A stretch of DNA of 64,000 bases, from positions 181 to 64,180 of the forward strand of contig CAIRGS010000153.1 of assembly GCA_903878125.1 (NCBI GenBank), in the 5' to 3' direction. The position numbers and the translations under genes were made by a program. How positions within the stretch are numbered: position 1 is the stretch's first letter; each line of letters opens with the position of its first letter. The stretch comes from an uncultured Nitrosomonadales bacterium (GTDB taxonomy: Bacteria; Pseudomonadota; Gammaproteobacteria; Burkholderiales; Gallionellaceae). The notes beneath the pieces are model-generated. The model was not told the DNA's origin. It saw nothing but the letters and a program-made list of their open reading frames with translations, and searched no databases. Below are positions 30,483 to 40,745 of this stretch, one piece after another.

Positions 30483-31931
30483 ATGCAATGGGAAATCGTT
30501 ATCGGACTTGAAGTACATACTCAACTCTCGACCAGCAGCAAGATTTTTTCGGGCGCTTCGACCGCTTTTGGCGCGGAACCCAACACCCAAGCCTGCGCGG
30601 TAGATCTAGCGCTGCCTGGCGTATTACCGGTGCTGAACCGTGGAGCAGTGGAACGTGCTATCAGGTTTGGCCTTGCGGTTGGTGCGCATATTTCGCAACG
30701 CTCCGTGTTTTCGCGTAAAAATTATTTCTATCCTGACCTGCCCAAGGGGTACCAGATCAGTCAATTTGATTTACCCATAATTGGCCAAGGCTCGTTGACT
30801 ATTCAGGTTCCGACAACGACCGCGGGGCAATTTTATAAAAAAGTGGTGCGCCTGACCCGTGCGCATCTTGAAGAAGATGCAGGAAAATCGTTGCACGAAG
30901 ATTTTCATGGCATGACAGGCATTGATCTCAACCGCGCTGGAACACCTCTGCTGGAAATAGTCTCGGAACCGGACATGCGCTCTGCCGCCGAGGCCGTGTC
31001 CTATGCCAAAATGCTGCACACCCTGGTGCGCTGGATCGGCATCTGCGATGGCAACATGCAGGAAGGCTCGTTCCGCTGCGACGCCAATGTCTCAGTGCGT
31101 CGTCCTGGGGCTGAATTAGGCACACGCCGCGAGATCAAAAACCTTAACTCGTTCCGCTTTCTGCAGCAGTCCATTGAGTATGAAGCACAGTGGCAGATTG
31201 ATACACTGGAAAGCGGCGGGTCTATCCAGCAAGCGACTGTGTTGTTCGATTCCGACAAGGGTGAAACCCGCGCCATGCGCAGCAAGGAAGACGCGCACGA
31301 TTACCGTTATTTCCCGGACCCTGATCTGCTGCCGCTAGCAATTGATAATGAGTGGATCGAGCAGGTGCGCGGCACACTCCCCGAGCTGCCACTATCCAAA
31401 CAAACACGCTATGTTGCCGATCTCGGTCTATCTATCTACGACGCCGACACGTTGACATCATCACGGGAAATGGCGGATTTCTTCGAAGCGACACTAAATG
31501 AAACCCCCAAGGAAGCCAAGCTGTGTGCCAACTGGATGATGGGTGATGTAAGCGCCTCACTTAACCGTGAAGATCGCGATATTACACAATGTCCGATCTC
31601 ACCCCAACAGCTAGGCGGCATGCTTAAACGTATCGCAGACGGAACCATTTCCAACTCCGCCGCCAAGGAAGTTTTCAAGACGCTCTGGAGTGAAGGCGGT
31701 GACCCCGATACCATTATCGAAACAAAAGGGTTAAAACAGATGTCCGATGTCGGCGCAATGGAGGCAATGGTGGACGAAATTATCGCCGCCAACCCAGCGC
31801 AAGTGGCCGAATATCGCAGCGGCAAGGAAAAAGTGTTTGGCTTTTTTGTCGGCCTCGCCATGAAGGCCAGCAAAGGCAAAGCCAACCCTGCACAAATGAA
31901 TGAAATTCTAAAGCGCAAACTGGCGGGTTAG
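30483..31931 (+). CDS. gatB: Asp/Glu-tRNA(Asn/Gln) amidotransferase subunit B
   Basis: The start [15 protein letters not shown] is the canonical GatB N-terminus. The ORF-track start at 30435 overlaps gatA and is unlikely. Confidence 0.95.
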   Translation: MQWEIVIGLEVHTQLSTSSKIFSGASTAFGAEPNTQACAVDLALPGVLPVLNRGAVERAIRFGLAVGAHISQRSVFSRKNYFYPDLPKGYQISQFDLPIIGQGSLTIQVPTTTAGQFYKKVVRLTRAHLEEDAGKSLHEDFHGMTGIDLNRAGTPLLEIVSEPDMRSAAEAVSYAKMLHTLVRWIGICDGNMQEGSFRCDANVSVRRPGAELGTRREIKNLNSFRFLQQSIEYEAQWQIDTLESGGSIQQATVLFDSDKGETRAMRSKEDAHDYRYFPDPDLLPLAIDNEWIEQVRGTLPELPLSKQTRYVADLGLSIYDADTLTSSREMADFFEATLNETPKEAKLCANWMMGDVSASLNREDRDITQCPISPQQLGGMLKRIADGTISNSAAKEVFKTLWSEGGDPDTIIETKGLKQMSDVGAMEAMVDEIIAANPAQVAEYRSGKEKVFGFFVGLAMKASKGKANPAQMNEILKRKLAG

Positions 31932-32212
31932 ACGCAATATTAACTGCGCTCTTGCAACCCGCTGGCTTTCAGCCTGAGGTCGGTTGTCAATAATGGACAC
32001 GAATGAATTCATGCTGCCAATCTCTTTGCGTAGGAATGGCATTCAAACTCAACAAGAAAAAAATTGAACGCCTTACCGCATGAACTATCCGGCTGGAAAC
32101 AGCCTTGTAAATCGCGCTCTCCTCTGGAGCATCAGACAAACCATCACCGTCAAAACATCTCGAACACAAGACCTGAATATTTACCGCGAGCAATACATTA
32201 CTGGATAGGTAC

Positions 32213-33148
32213 ATGACACATTTCTCGCCTGTTCAGGCGCAAGTGCGCTGGTGGTCAGGAACCAACCTGCCCTGTTGGGTGCGACTTTGTACTTTATCGC
32301 TAATACTGCTTTTGTCTTGCCTGCCCATACGAGCAGCGGAGCTTGAACCGTCTCCGGTGATGCTGGCAAATGTTTTTCGAAGCGATATCACGCTGGCAGA
32401 TTATTGGGTGAGTGAAAAATATGATGGCATGCGTGGTTACTGGGATGGCGAAAAATTATTGACGCGTGGCGGCGAGCGTGTCGAAGCCCCGGTATGGTTC
32501 ACCGCCGGCTGGCCCAAAATTCCTCTCGACGGGGAATTATGGGTTGGCCGCGGCCAGTTTTCCAAGGCAGTTTCCACCGTCAGGAAAAAAATCCCCGACG
32601 AAGCCCAGTGGCGCACGCTGCACTTCATGGTATTCGATCTGCCTGCGCATCCAGGTAGCTACTCCGAACGCAATGCGGCACTGCAGCTTGTCATCGCGCA
32701 GATCGGACAGCCATGGGTGCGCCACGTTGAGCAGTTTAAAGTTGCCGATCAAGCCGCATTGAGAGCAACGCTTAAACGGGTGGTCAAGCATGGCGGTGAG
32801 GGCTTGATGCTGCATCGCGGCACTTCACTTTACCGGGCAATCCGCAGCGACGATCTATTAAAACTAAAACCCTTCGATGATGCTGAGGCCAAGGTAGTAG
32901 CTCACCTGCCGGGCAAAGGTAAGCATGCAAACACATTGGGCGCATTGGAGGTGGAGTCGGCTGACGGATTGCGCTTTCGTCTGGGTACCGGTCTATCTGA
33001 CGCAGATCGGCGCTCTCCGCCCCAGCTGGGGAAATGGGTAACCTACCGCTATAACGGACTGAATGAAAAAACCGGTATCCCACGGTTCGCTCGCTTCATG
33101 CGAGTTCGCGAAGATATGAATCTTTCAGAACAGGTAGTGGGGCCTTGA
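32213..33148 (+). CDS. minimal ATP-dependent DNA ligase, Lig E type, with an N-terminal signal-like leader
   Basis: Nucleotidyltransferase motif I SEKYDGMRGYW (KxDGxR), FMVFDL, EGLMLH, LLKLK, and a C-terminal OB fold. A hydrophobic leader ...LCTLSLILLLSCLPIRAAE precedes the catalytic core. The exact start is uncertain. Confidence 0.8.
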   Translation: MTHFSPVQAQVRWWSGTNLPCWVRLCTLSLILLLSCLPIRAAELEPSPVMLANVFRSDITLADYWVSEKYDGMRGYWDGEKLLTRGGERVEAPVWFTAGWPKIPLDGELWVGRGQFSKAVSTVRKKIPDEAQWRTLHFMVFDLPAHPGSYSERNAALQLVIAQIGQPWVRHVEQFKVADQAALRATLKRVVKHGGEGLMLHRGTSLYRAIRSDDLLKLKPFDDAEAKVVAHLPGKGKHANTLGALEVESADGLRFRLGTGLSDADRRSPPQLGKWVTYRYNGLNEKTGIPRFARFMRVREDMNLSEQVVGP

Positions 33149-33209
33149 TTATCACTCATGGAATTTCAATCAAAATCCGAATTAAAAGCGGGAAAGTTAA
33201 AGGTCGCCT

Positions 33210-33974
33210 CTAAAGCAACTTGCGCGGCTTGTGCGGAGCCCGTGAAAACACAAAATCATATAACCAGTTAGGCAGCAGCTTAAGCACTCGCCCGACGCCC
33301 CCCATCTGCCAAGGTACTACTGCAAATGCCTTGCCGGAAGCAATCACTCGTGCAATACGGCGCGCGGCTTCATCGGCTGGCAAAATAAAAGGCATGAGGT
33401 AAGGATTGATGGCGGTCATTGGCGTTTTGATGTAGCCAGGACAGATGGTAACTACGCGCACTCCGCTACCACGCAACTCGACGCGTAAACTTTCCATGTA
33501 AGAGATTAGCGCCGCCTTGGATGCGGAATAGGCGCCCGCCCCCGGCAATCCCCGGAATCCTGCCACACTGGCGATACCAACCAATGCACCCTGTCCGGCC
33601 TCACGCATAGGCACGAGAAACGGCTGAAAAGTTTTTATTACGCCCAACATATTGATATCCATCACTTGCTGGAAAACATCAATGTCGTCGGCATATTCAG
33701 TCAGCGTTCCGACACTAATACCTGCATTGGCAATCACGATATCGGGCACGCCTGCGCACGCAATGAAGCTCTGCGCCGCAGCTTGCACGGCAGCCGAGTC
33801 ACGCACATCCAGTGGGTAACAATAAACTTGCTGGGGGAACTGCTTAGCAAGGCTTTGCAGACAATCAGCGCGACGGGCCATCACCCCAACCATCGCGCCT
33901 TGCTCAAGATAATGGTGCGCCAGCGCCAGACCGAGGCCGCTGGATGCGCCGCTGATAACGATGCGTGCGGCCAC
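33210..33974 (-). CDS. SDR-family oxidoreductase
   Basis: GASSGLGLALA (TGxxxGxG), NAG, and YSASKAAL (YxxxK). The GTG start shares one base with the dsbA stop. Confidence 0.85.
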   Translation of the reverse strand: MAARIVISGASSGLGLALAHHYLEQGAMVGVMARRADCLQSLAKQFPQQVYCYPLDVRDSAAVQAAAQSFIACAGVPDIVIANAGISVGTLTEYADDIDVFQQVMDINMLGVIKTFQPFLVPMREAGQGALVGIASVAGFRGLPGAGAYSASKAALISYMESLRVELRGSGVRVVTICPGYIKTPMTAINPYLMPFILPADEAARRIARVIASGKAFAVVPWQMGGVGRVLKLLPNWLYDFVFSRAPHKPRKLL

Positions 33975-34612
33975 TACTGCTTGCCCGCGCGCTCCTTGCG
34001 TGCCTTGCCGATCAAATAGTTCAACACTTTAATGCTTTCATCCGGTCCCAGGCCGCTAATCAGATATTTGCCATCCACAATCAGCGACGGTGTGCCGCGA
34101 ATGCCATAGATCTGCGCCAATTGTTTGCTGCGTGTTACCTTGCTTTGTATGGCGAAGGAATTATAGGCATCGCCGAATTTCTTGCGATCTACGCCATGCT
34201 GGCCAACAAATTCAGTGATCTTGGCCTCGTCGCTCAGGTCAATATTGTTTACGTTCCAAGCATTGAACAGGTCGTCGTGCAGCCGCTTTTGCTGTCCCAT
34301 CAACTCCAATGTGTAATAAGTATGTGCCATCGGCTCCCAAGCGTTATTGAAAATGGTTGGGACATAAACCAACTCGACATCCTTGGCAATTTTTTTCTCC
34401 CACGCAGTCAGCGTCGGGTGCATCTTGAAACAGTGTGAACAACCGTAGAAGAAAAATTCCAACACCTCAATTTTGTTGCCTGCACGCGTTGGCTGCACCG
34501 TATTGAGCACTTTGTAATCCTTGCCCAGTTCAGGCTCGGCAAAAACTGGGTTAACGCATAACAAAGCCAGAACCACAAAAATCTGCTTGATGAATTTCAT
34601 ATCTATCTCCAT
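33974..34612 (-). CDS. dsbA: thiol:disulfide interchange protein DsbA
   Basis: Signal peptide, active site FFFYGCSHCFKMHP (CxxC), and ...GIRGTPSLIVDGKY (cis-Pro loop). Confidence 0.88.
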   Translation of the reverse strand: MEIDMKFIKQIFVVLALLCVNPVFAEPELGKDYKVLNTVQPTRAGNKIEVLEFFFYGCSHCFKMHPTLTAWEKKIAKDVELVYVPTIFNNAWEPMAHTYYTLELMGQQKRLHDDLFNAWNVNNIDLSDEAKITEFVGQHGVDRKKFGDAYNSFAIQSKVTRSKQLAQIYGIRGTPSLIVDGKYLISGLGPDESIKVLNYLIGKARKERAGKQ

Positions 34613-34790
34613 GCAAAGTTGGGACTACTACCAAAAAAATATAATTATGCGATTCTCTGCTCTTTAAGTTTGTTAAACTTTTTTTTGCTGCTTAACAAAT
34701 AAGATCCAATACGATTTCATGCAAATAATGGATCGTATCGCTCAATGCAAGAATAAACACCTGCTTCTCTATCCGGCAAATATTCGTCGC

Positions 34791-35429
34791 CTATTTCGCA
34801 AGCATTGGAGTGGCTCTCACCCCATTTTGTCTCAACACTGCCAATGCGTTATTCATTTCCTCTCTAGCTTTATAGGGACCGACGTGCACACGGTGCCACA
34901 CCCCTTTATCAGGAATAGTCGCGATTTGCACACTGGCTTCTATGCCGAGCATAGCCAACTTGGCTTTTAATTTATCCGCATCATCCGCATTGGAAAATGA
35001 ACCCGCCTGTAAAAAATAAGTTTTATTTGCAGTGGCATTGCCCGCCGACTGGACAGGTACAGACTTACTCTCTGTCGTTGCCACATTGTCGCTGCTTTTT
35101 TGTATAAGTACCGTTGCATCTTGTTTGTCAGTTAACACCTTGTAAAATTCAAAGCGCGGCTTGCCTTCATACACGCCTGATGCAGCCGCCGGAGAAGTTG
35201 ATGGCTGGGCAGTTGTTGTTGCAGATCCGGGCAACGGCCTCTCGGAGTCCGCCGCAAGCTTGGCTGTTTCATGCGGTACATTCGTTATGAACGAGTTGGG
35301 GGTCTTTAAAATGTACCATGCCACCCCGCCTGCAATAACCAGCCCCACTACTATACCGACCAAAACGCCAGTCAGTAGCGAACTGCCTTGACGCGGTGCT
35401 GCGGATCGAGTGTTATTGTTTTTGTTCAT
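34791..35429 (-). CDS. SPOR domain-containing cell-division-associated protein
   Basis: Single N-terminal TM, a Pro/Ser/Thr-rich linker, and a C-terminal SPOR (YFLQAGSFSNADDADKLKAKL...WHRVHVGPY). It lies between argS and dsbA, as in many betaproteobacteria. Confidence 0.8.
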   Translation of the reverse strand: MNKNNNTRSAAPRQGSSLLTGVLVGIVVGLVIAGGVAWYILKTPNSFITNVPHETAKLAADSERPLPGSATTTAQPSTSPAAASGVYEGKPRFEFYKVLTDKQDATVLIQKSSDNVATTESKSVPVQSAGNATANKTYFLQAGSFSNADDADKLKAKLAMLGIEASVQIATIPDKGVWHRVHVGPYKAREEMNNALAVLRQNGVRATPMLAK

Positions 35430-35552
35430 ATAATCAATCTTTCAAAAATCTCATTCATTCCCGTGAAGTTCGTCGCACAACCCAATAAAATTGGTAACTC
35501 CACATTTGGTTTCGACCCCGCGAGTTTCCTCTCGCAGTGGAAAAAACCCAGC

Positions 35553-37241
35553 CTACATTTTTTCTGGTGCGGAAACACCCAGCAATGCCAAGCCGTTGCG
35601 CATTACCTGTGCCACCGCAGCAATCAACGCCAGCCGCGCCTTCATCATGACTTCCTCCTCAACCAGGAAGCGTGAAGCATTATAATAACTGTGAAAATCG
35701 GCGGCCAAATCTTTCAAGTAGAACGCGATCAGGTGCGGCGCCAAATCTTCTGCAGCGCTTTCGATCACCTGCGGGTAGTCAATCAGACGTTGCAACAAAG
35801 CTCGCTCGTAGTCACTCTCCAGCACACTGACATCGGCTTGGTGCAGCGCAGCAGCATCGCCGCCCCACTGCCCCAACACGCTACAAATACGCGCATGGGC
35901 ATACTGAATATAATACACAGGGTTTTCATTACTCTGCGATTTCGCCAGATCAATGTCGAACACCAGTTGAGAATCGGGATGGCGCGCCGCGAGGAAGAAA
36001 CGCGTAGCATCGCAGCCCACTTCATCAATCAAGTCACGCAGAGTGACGTAACTGCCCGCACGTTTGGATATTTTCACCTCTTCGCCATTGCGCAGCACCG
36101 TCACCATCTGGTGCAGCACGTAATCCGGCCAACCTTGCGGAATGCCAACACCCAAAGCTTGCAGCCCAGCGCGCACACGTGTGATGGTGCTGTGATGATC
36201 CGCACCTTGTTCGTTAATGACGCGGGTAAAGCCACGCCGCCACTTATCCAGATGGTAGGCTACATCCGGTACAAAATAGGTATAGCTGCCATCGCTCTTG
36301 CGCATGACGCGATCTTTGTCGTCACCAAAATCTGTCGTGCGCAGCCATAGTGCATTGCCCTGTTCATACGTATGGCCGCTGGCAATAAGCTTGCTGACAG
36401 CTTCCTCCACTTTACCTTCGGTGTAGAGTGCAGACTCCAGTGTATACACATCGAAATTAACTCCGAAAGCGCGCAGGTCGAGATCCTGTTCACTGCGCAG
36501 ATAAGCTACCGCAAAATGGCGGATGGCAGTGGCATCATTCACATCACCAGATGCCCGCGCTCGCTGATCGTCGGCTTCTACCGATTCTTGCGCCAAATAC
36601 GCACGGGCGACATCGATGATGTAATCTCCGCGATAACCATTTTCAGGCCACGATGGATCGTCAGGTGTGACTCCCTTGCAGCGCAATTGCACTGATAGTG
36701 TGAGATTGTCAATCTGCGCGCCAGCATCGTTATAGTAAAACTCCCGCGTTACATTCCAACCTGCCGTCTGCAACACGCGGCACAAACAATCGCCCACTGC
36801 GGCACCGCGACCATGCCCTACATGCAGCGGCCCCGTTGGATTGGCGGAAACAAATTCCACCTGTAACTTTCGACCCGCACCCAGATGAATGTGGCCATAG
36901 CCCGCCCCTGCCTGCAGCACGCTGCACACCACATTCTGCTTGGCCGCAGTAGTAATGAATACATTAATGAAACCTGCTCCCGCAATCTCCACCTTTTCCA
37001 CCACTTGGGATGCAGGCAAGGCCGCGATCAATGCTTGCGCGATGTCACGTGGGGATTTGCGCAGCGGCTTTGCCAACTGCATCGCCAAATTGCAAGAGTA
37101 ATCGCCATGCAGCACCTGTTTGGGGCGCTCGATGAGGATGTCGATATGTGCCGCTTCAGGTGCAACAACGCTAACAGCCTGCGCGAACAATTCTGAAAGA
37201 TGGGATTTGAAATTCAATACAGCAAGCATTACACAACTCAT
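35553..37241 (-). CDS. argS: arginine--tRNA ligase
   Basis: About 560 aa with class I motifs [15 protein letters not shown] (HIGH) and a DALR anticodon-binding C-terminus. The start may be the internal Met of MSCVMLAV... Confidence 0.93.
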   Translation of the reverse strand: MSCVMLAVLNFKSHLSELFAQAVSVVAPEAAHIDILIERPKQVLHGDYSCNLAMQLAKPLRKSPRDIAQALIAALPASQVVEKVEIAGAGFINVFITTAAKQNVVCSVLQAGAGYGHIHLGAGRKLQVEFVSANPTGPLHVGHGRGAAVGDCLCRVLQTAGWNVTREFYYNDAGAQIDNLTLSVQLRCKGVTPDDPSWPENGYRGDYIIDVARAYLAQESVEADDQRARASGDVNDATAIRHFAVAYLRSEQDLDLRAFGVNFDVYTLESALYTEGKVEEAVSKLIASGHTYEQGNALWLRTTDFGDDKDRVMRKSDGSYTYFVPDVAYHLDKWRRGFTRVINEQGADHHSTITRVRAGLQALGVGIPQGWPDYVLHQMVTVLRNGEEVKISKRAGSYVTLRDLIDEVGCDATRFFLAARHPDSQLVFDIDLAKSQSNENPVYYIQYAHARICSVLGQWGGDAAALHQADVSVLESDYERALLQRLIDYPQVIESAAEDLAPHLIAFYLKDLAADFHSYYNASRFLVEEEVMMKARLALIAAVAQVMRNGLALLGVSAPEKM

Positions 37242-37422
37242 TCACAAGAAGCGTAAATTATAGCACTTGATGGGGCTTACCCAATCACAGGGTGTAATGC
37301 GGGATGATCAACGGCAGGTTTGTGCCAAAAAAATAAACATTAGGCACGACCTTAAAAAAATATGATTATAAACAGATACTTTTACCGGAAAATATCGGAA
37401 CAATCGAGCCGGCGTAATTGGT

Positions 37423-37779
37423 TTACTCTTCAGCCACAAATATCTGCTCGATCAGGTTTTTAATATACGATGGATCAAAAGGCTTATCGCAGATCGCTGA
37501 AACGCCTGCCTGCTTCACGGTGGCAAGCCGATTTTCATCCCGTTCACTGGATATCATTATTATCAGCAGCGTATGTTGCCAGCTCTTGTTGCGAATAAAT
37601 TCAACCAATTCCCTGCCATCCATTTCTGGCATGTTGTAATCGGTAATAACCAAATCGAAGGAATGCCCCTGGATGATTTCCGCCCCCCGCTTGCCATTTT
37701 CAGCTTCGGCAATATTCTTGATGCCGATATTTTTAAGCACCCTTATCAGGTAGGATCGTGCGCTGAAGCTGTCATCCAC
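37423..37779 (-). CDS. CheY-like receiver domain protein; no canonical start codon is available upstream of strand beta1
   Basis: ...(ENLPVLVV)DDSFSARS...FDLVITDYNMPEMDG...IIMISSE...ICDKPF has all receiver signature residues. GTG 37779 would truncate beta1. The same frame is open upstream to TAA 37888-37890. Confidence 0.6.
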   Translation of the reverse strand: MDDSFSARSYLIRVLKNIGIKNIAEAENGKRGAEIIQGHSFDLVITDYNMPEMDGRELVEFIRNKSWQHTLLIIMISSERDENRLATVKQAGVSAICDKPFDPSYIKNLIEQIFVAEE

Positions 37780-37893
37780 TACCAGTACTGGCAGATTTTC
37801 AATGTCGAAGTTGTCTTTTTCCAGCGCGAGACTACTCGAATTCAGATAATTGAGCGTCGTAAAGATAACTTCACGTAAGTTGTTCAGTTAAAA

Positions 37894-38318
37894 TCATTTT
37901 GTCAGAGTGGCGCAGGCACCGGATTGACGCACGGGATCGAGATAAAGCGGGTTGTCCTCGCTGGAAATCAGGATGAAAGCTATTTCCGTCAAGGCTTGAT
38001 CTGCGCGCATCACTTCAATCAGTTTTGATCCAGACATATCTTCCAGGTACATCGCGCTGATGGTTAGGTCAGGTTGTTGCTTGCGCATGACCGCCAGTGC
38101 TAAAGTCCCATCCTGGAAAACCTGTGTATTCAACACATCAAGATCGCTGAGATATTTTTGGACAATGCGCGCCTGCAGGCTGGAAGGTTCAACCAGAAAA
38201 ACGGAAGTTCACTTGTGCTGATAGGTGATTTCAGCGTGCCCTCATTATTTATTGATATTTTATTGGAGTTATAATTAGCAGTTTCACTCGGAACTTGAAT
38301 TAGCCAAGTGACCCCCAT
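37894..38318 (-). pseudogene. degenerate (pseudo-)receiver domain with N-terminal extension, frameshifted at a homopolymer
   Basis: LVEPSSLQARIVQKYLSDLDVLNTQVFQDGTLALAVMRKQQPDLTISAMYLEDMSG...ILISSE...TLTK is receiver-like, but Ala replaces the acceptor Asp. It joins the upstream ATG-started ORF (MGVTW...SELPFF) only if the T5 run at 38197-38201 is read as T6. Confidence 0.55.
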
Positions 38319-38417
38319 AGTTGTCGATGCCCATCGCTTTTGACTGTAGGCAGCATCAATATTGCGTTTTTTACGTGGGATTTGCACCTCTTAAAATTGT
38401 TGTTAAGGAGCGATTTA

Positions 38418-38969
38418 ATGGTCAGTTTACAACCACCAGTTTGCAATTTCGGCTGGAAGGCTCAAAAGTTTAACTTGCTGGGTGTGGATGGGAAGCGTTA
38501 CACCCCGCAAAATGTATGTGGCAAGAATGGACTGTTGGTGATGTTCATTTGCAACCATTGTCCTTATGTGAAATCCATCCGTGATCGCATTGTGCGGGAT
38601 ACACTCGAACTGCTGCAACATGGCATTAACAGCATTGCCATTATGTCGAATGATTCTGCAGAGTATGTGGAGGACTCATTCGAGAATATGCAGAAAGTGG
38701 CTCAGCAATACGCTTATCCATTTCCCTATGTATGGGACGAGACACAGCAAGTTGCCAAGGATTATGGAGCGGTTTGCACGCCAGATTTCTTCGGGTTTAA
38801 TGCTCAACTGGAATTGCAATACCGTGGTCGACTGGATGCCTCGCGCAAGGAGGCGGCGCCGGATAGTCCGCGTGATTTGTTTGATGCCATGATACAAGTG
38901 GCGCAAACTGGCAAGGGGCCGCTTGAACAAATCGCCAGCATGGGTTGCTCTATTAAGTGGAAAATCTGA
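38418..38969 (+). CDS. thioredoxin-fold protein (AhpC/TSA-TlpA-like)
   Basis: AAGGAG RBS before ATG 38418. The CNHCPYV CxxC motif sits in a thioredoxin-like fold context (LLVMFICNHCPYVK). No signal peptide. Confidence 0.7.
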   Translation: MVSLQPPVCNFGWKAQKFNLLGVDGKRYTPQNVCGKNGLLVMFICNHCPYVKSIRDRIVRDTLELLQHGINSIAIMSNDSAEYVEDSFENMQKVAQQYAYPFPYVWDETQQVAKDYGAVCTPDFFGFNAQLELQYRGRLDASRKEAAPDSPRDLFDAMIQVAQTGKGPLEQIASMGCSIKWKI

Positions 38970-38990
38970 GCATCATGAAAGGCGATTGAC

Positions 38991-39684
38991 GTGCAGATAT
39001 TGATACTCGGAGCGGAGCGGGGCGGGTCGGTTCGACAGTGGCGGAAAGTTTGGTTGGAGAAAACAACGATATCACCATAATTGATACTGACGCGGAAAAA
39101 TTGCGTCTGCTACAAGATCGCTTTGATCTACGTACCCTGGTGGGGAATGCTTCCCACCCTTCTGTGCTGGAGCAGACTGACATAGCGGATGCTGATATAT
39201 TGTTAGCCGTTACGCAAAGCGACGAAGTTAACATGGTGGCCTGCAAGCTTGCCCCTAGTCTGTATAACACCCCGACCAAAATTGCGCGCATTCTCGCCGC
39301 AAATTAACTGGAACATCCCGAGATATTTAGTGCTGATAATTTTTATGTCGATTTTTCCATTTGCCCGGAATAGTTCCTTACTGATTACATCTGTAAATTG
39401 ATTGAGTTTCCAGAAGCCCTGCAAGTGCTGAATTCGCTAATGGCCGGGTATCCCTGATGGCGGTAAAGGCGTTTGAGGACGGCCCTCTGATCGGACGTGA
39501 ATTGCGTTACCTGCACAAACATATGCCCTATGTTGACACCCTGGTTGCTGCAATTTTCCGCCAAGATAAACCACTTATTCCAGAAGGCGGTACGGTGATC
39601 AAGGCAGGCGACGAGGTTTTCTTTATTGCTGCAACCGAAAATATCTGCACGGTGTTGAAAGAGTGGCGTTATATAGATAAGCCC
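38991..39684 (+). pseudogene. trkA: trkA (K+ uptake NAD-binding subunit) remnant, N-terminal half only
   Basis: It reconstructs [31 protein letters not shown]...IARI...[45 protein letters not shown]...IKAGDEVFFIAATENI, co-linear with E. coli TrkA residues ~1-230. This works only after correcting a 5-nt duplication, two stops and a 1-nt deletion. Confidence 0.85.
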
Positions 39685-40642
39685 GGCCCAATGAAAGATT
39701 CAACCCTTACCCGCGCATTACCGAAACTGCACGCAATTTATGACTGGTATATCTCTGTATTGCCGTGGCCTGCATCATTTCGCTAAACGTGGCTGGGATG
39801 TCCTGGCTGGATGCAATATGCCATGCATTTTCCACAATGGGGTTGGGTAGTTTTTCCACGCATGACGCTGGCGCATGATACTTCAACTCTGCTGTTATCG
39901 AATTTGTGCTGATCGTATTTATGCTGCTGGCAGCAATGAATTTCGCGACACACTTTCTGGCATAGCGCGAAAAGAGCTTGAAACTTTATTTGCGTGACAC
40001 CGAGGCCCTCTCCACCATAATACTGATACTGGTGAGTTGCTTGGCCATTGGCACATTTCTATGGTGGCAGGGGACTTACCCGAGTTTCTGGACAGTACTG
40101 AGACACGCTAGTTTTAACCTGGTCTCGATTGCGACCGACTGCGGTTTCGCCATTGTGGACTTTAACCGCTGGCCTATGTTTGCGCCGCTATGGATACTGT
40201 TCTTAAGCTGTATTTCCACCAGTTCCGGCTCTACCGGCGGAGGCATTAAAATGGAACGCACGCTCATTTTAATTAAGCAGGCAGAGCGTGAATTCCTCAA
40301 GCTGTTGCACCCGACTGCGGTAAACCCGTTAAAAATTGGCGGCCGCGTGGTGCCAAATAATGTAGTGTTCTCGTTGTTGGGCTTTATCTTTCTTTACTTC
40401 ATGAGCGTAGTCGTATTAACCTTCACGCTGGTGATCAGTGGGTCGGATTCGTATCCGCTTGTTCCGGGATCACTGCTTGCATCAACAATGCTGGCCCTGG
40501 TTTGGGGATATTGGGCCCGGTAAGCAACTACGGAATATTGAGTGATTTTCAGACTTGGGTTTGCACCTTGGCCATGCCGATCGGGCGATTGGAAATGGTT
40601 ACCGTGCTGATCATTTTTACCCCGCATTTTTGGCGGCGGTAA
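39685..40642 (+). pseudogene. trkH: trkH (K+ uptake membrane subunit) remnant, C-terminal ~60 percent
   Basis: GPMKD..PRITETARNL*LVYL...FSTHDAGA*YFNS...HFLA*REKSLKLY...SGSTGGGIKMERTLILIKQ...INNAGPGLGILGP...GRLEMVTVLIIFTPHFWRR is co-linear with E. coli TrkH from ~residue 190 to the end. It has three in-frame stops and at least two frameshifts. Confidence 0.85.
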
Positions 40643-40745
40643 CCTGATGTTTCATAAATTCTGTGGCCAGAAGCAGGATCATCCACTGCTTAGAAAAAAC
40701 TTATTATTGATTGTTTCCTAACGTATCACTGAATAGTCAGAACTA

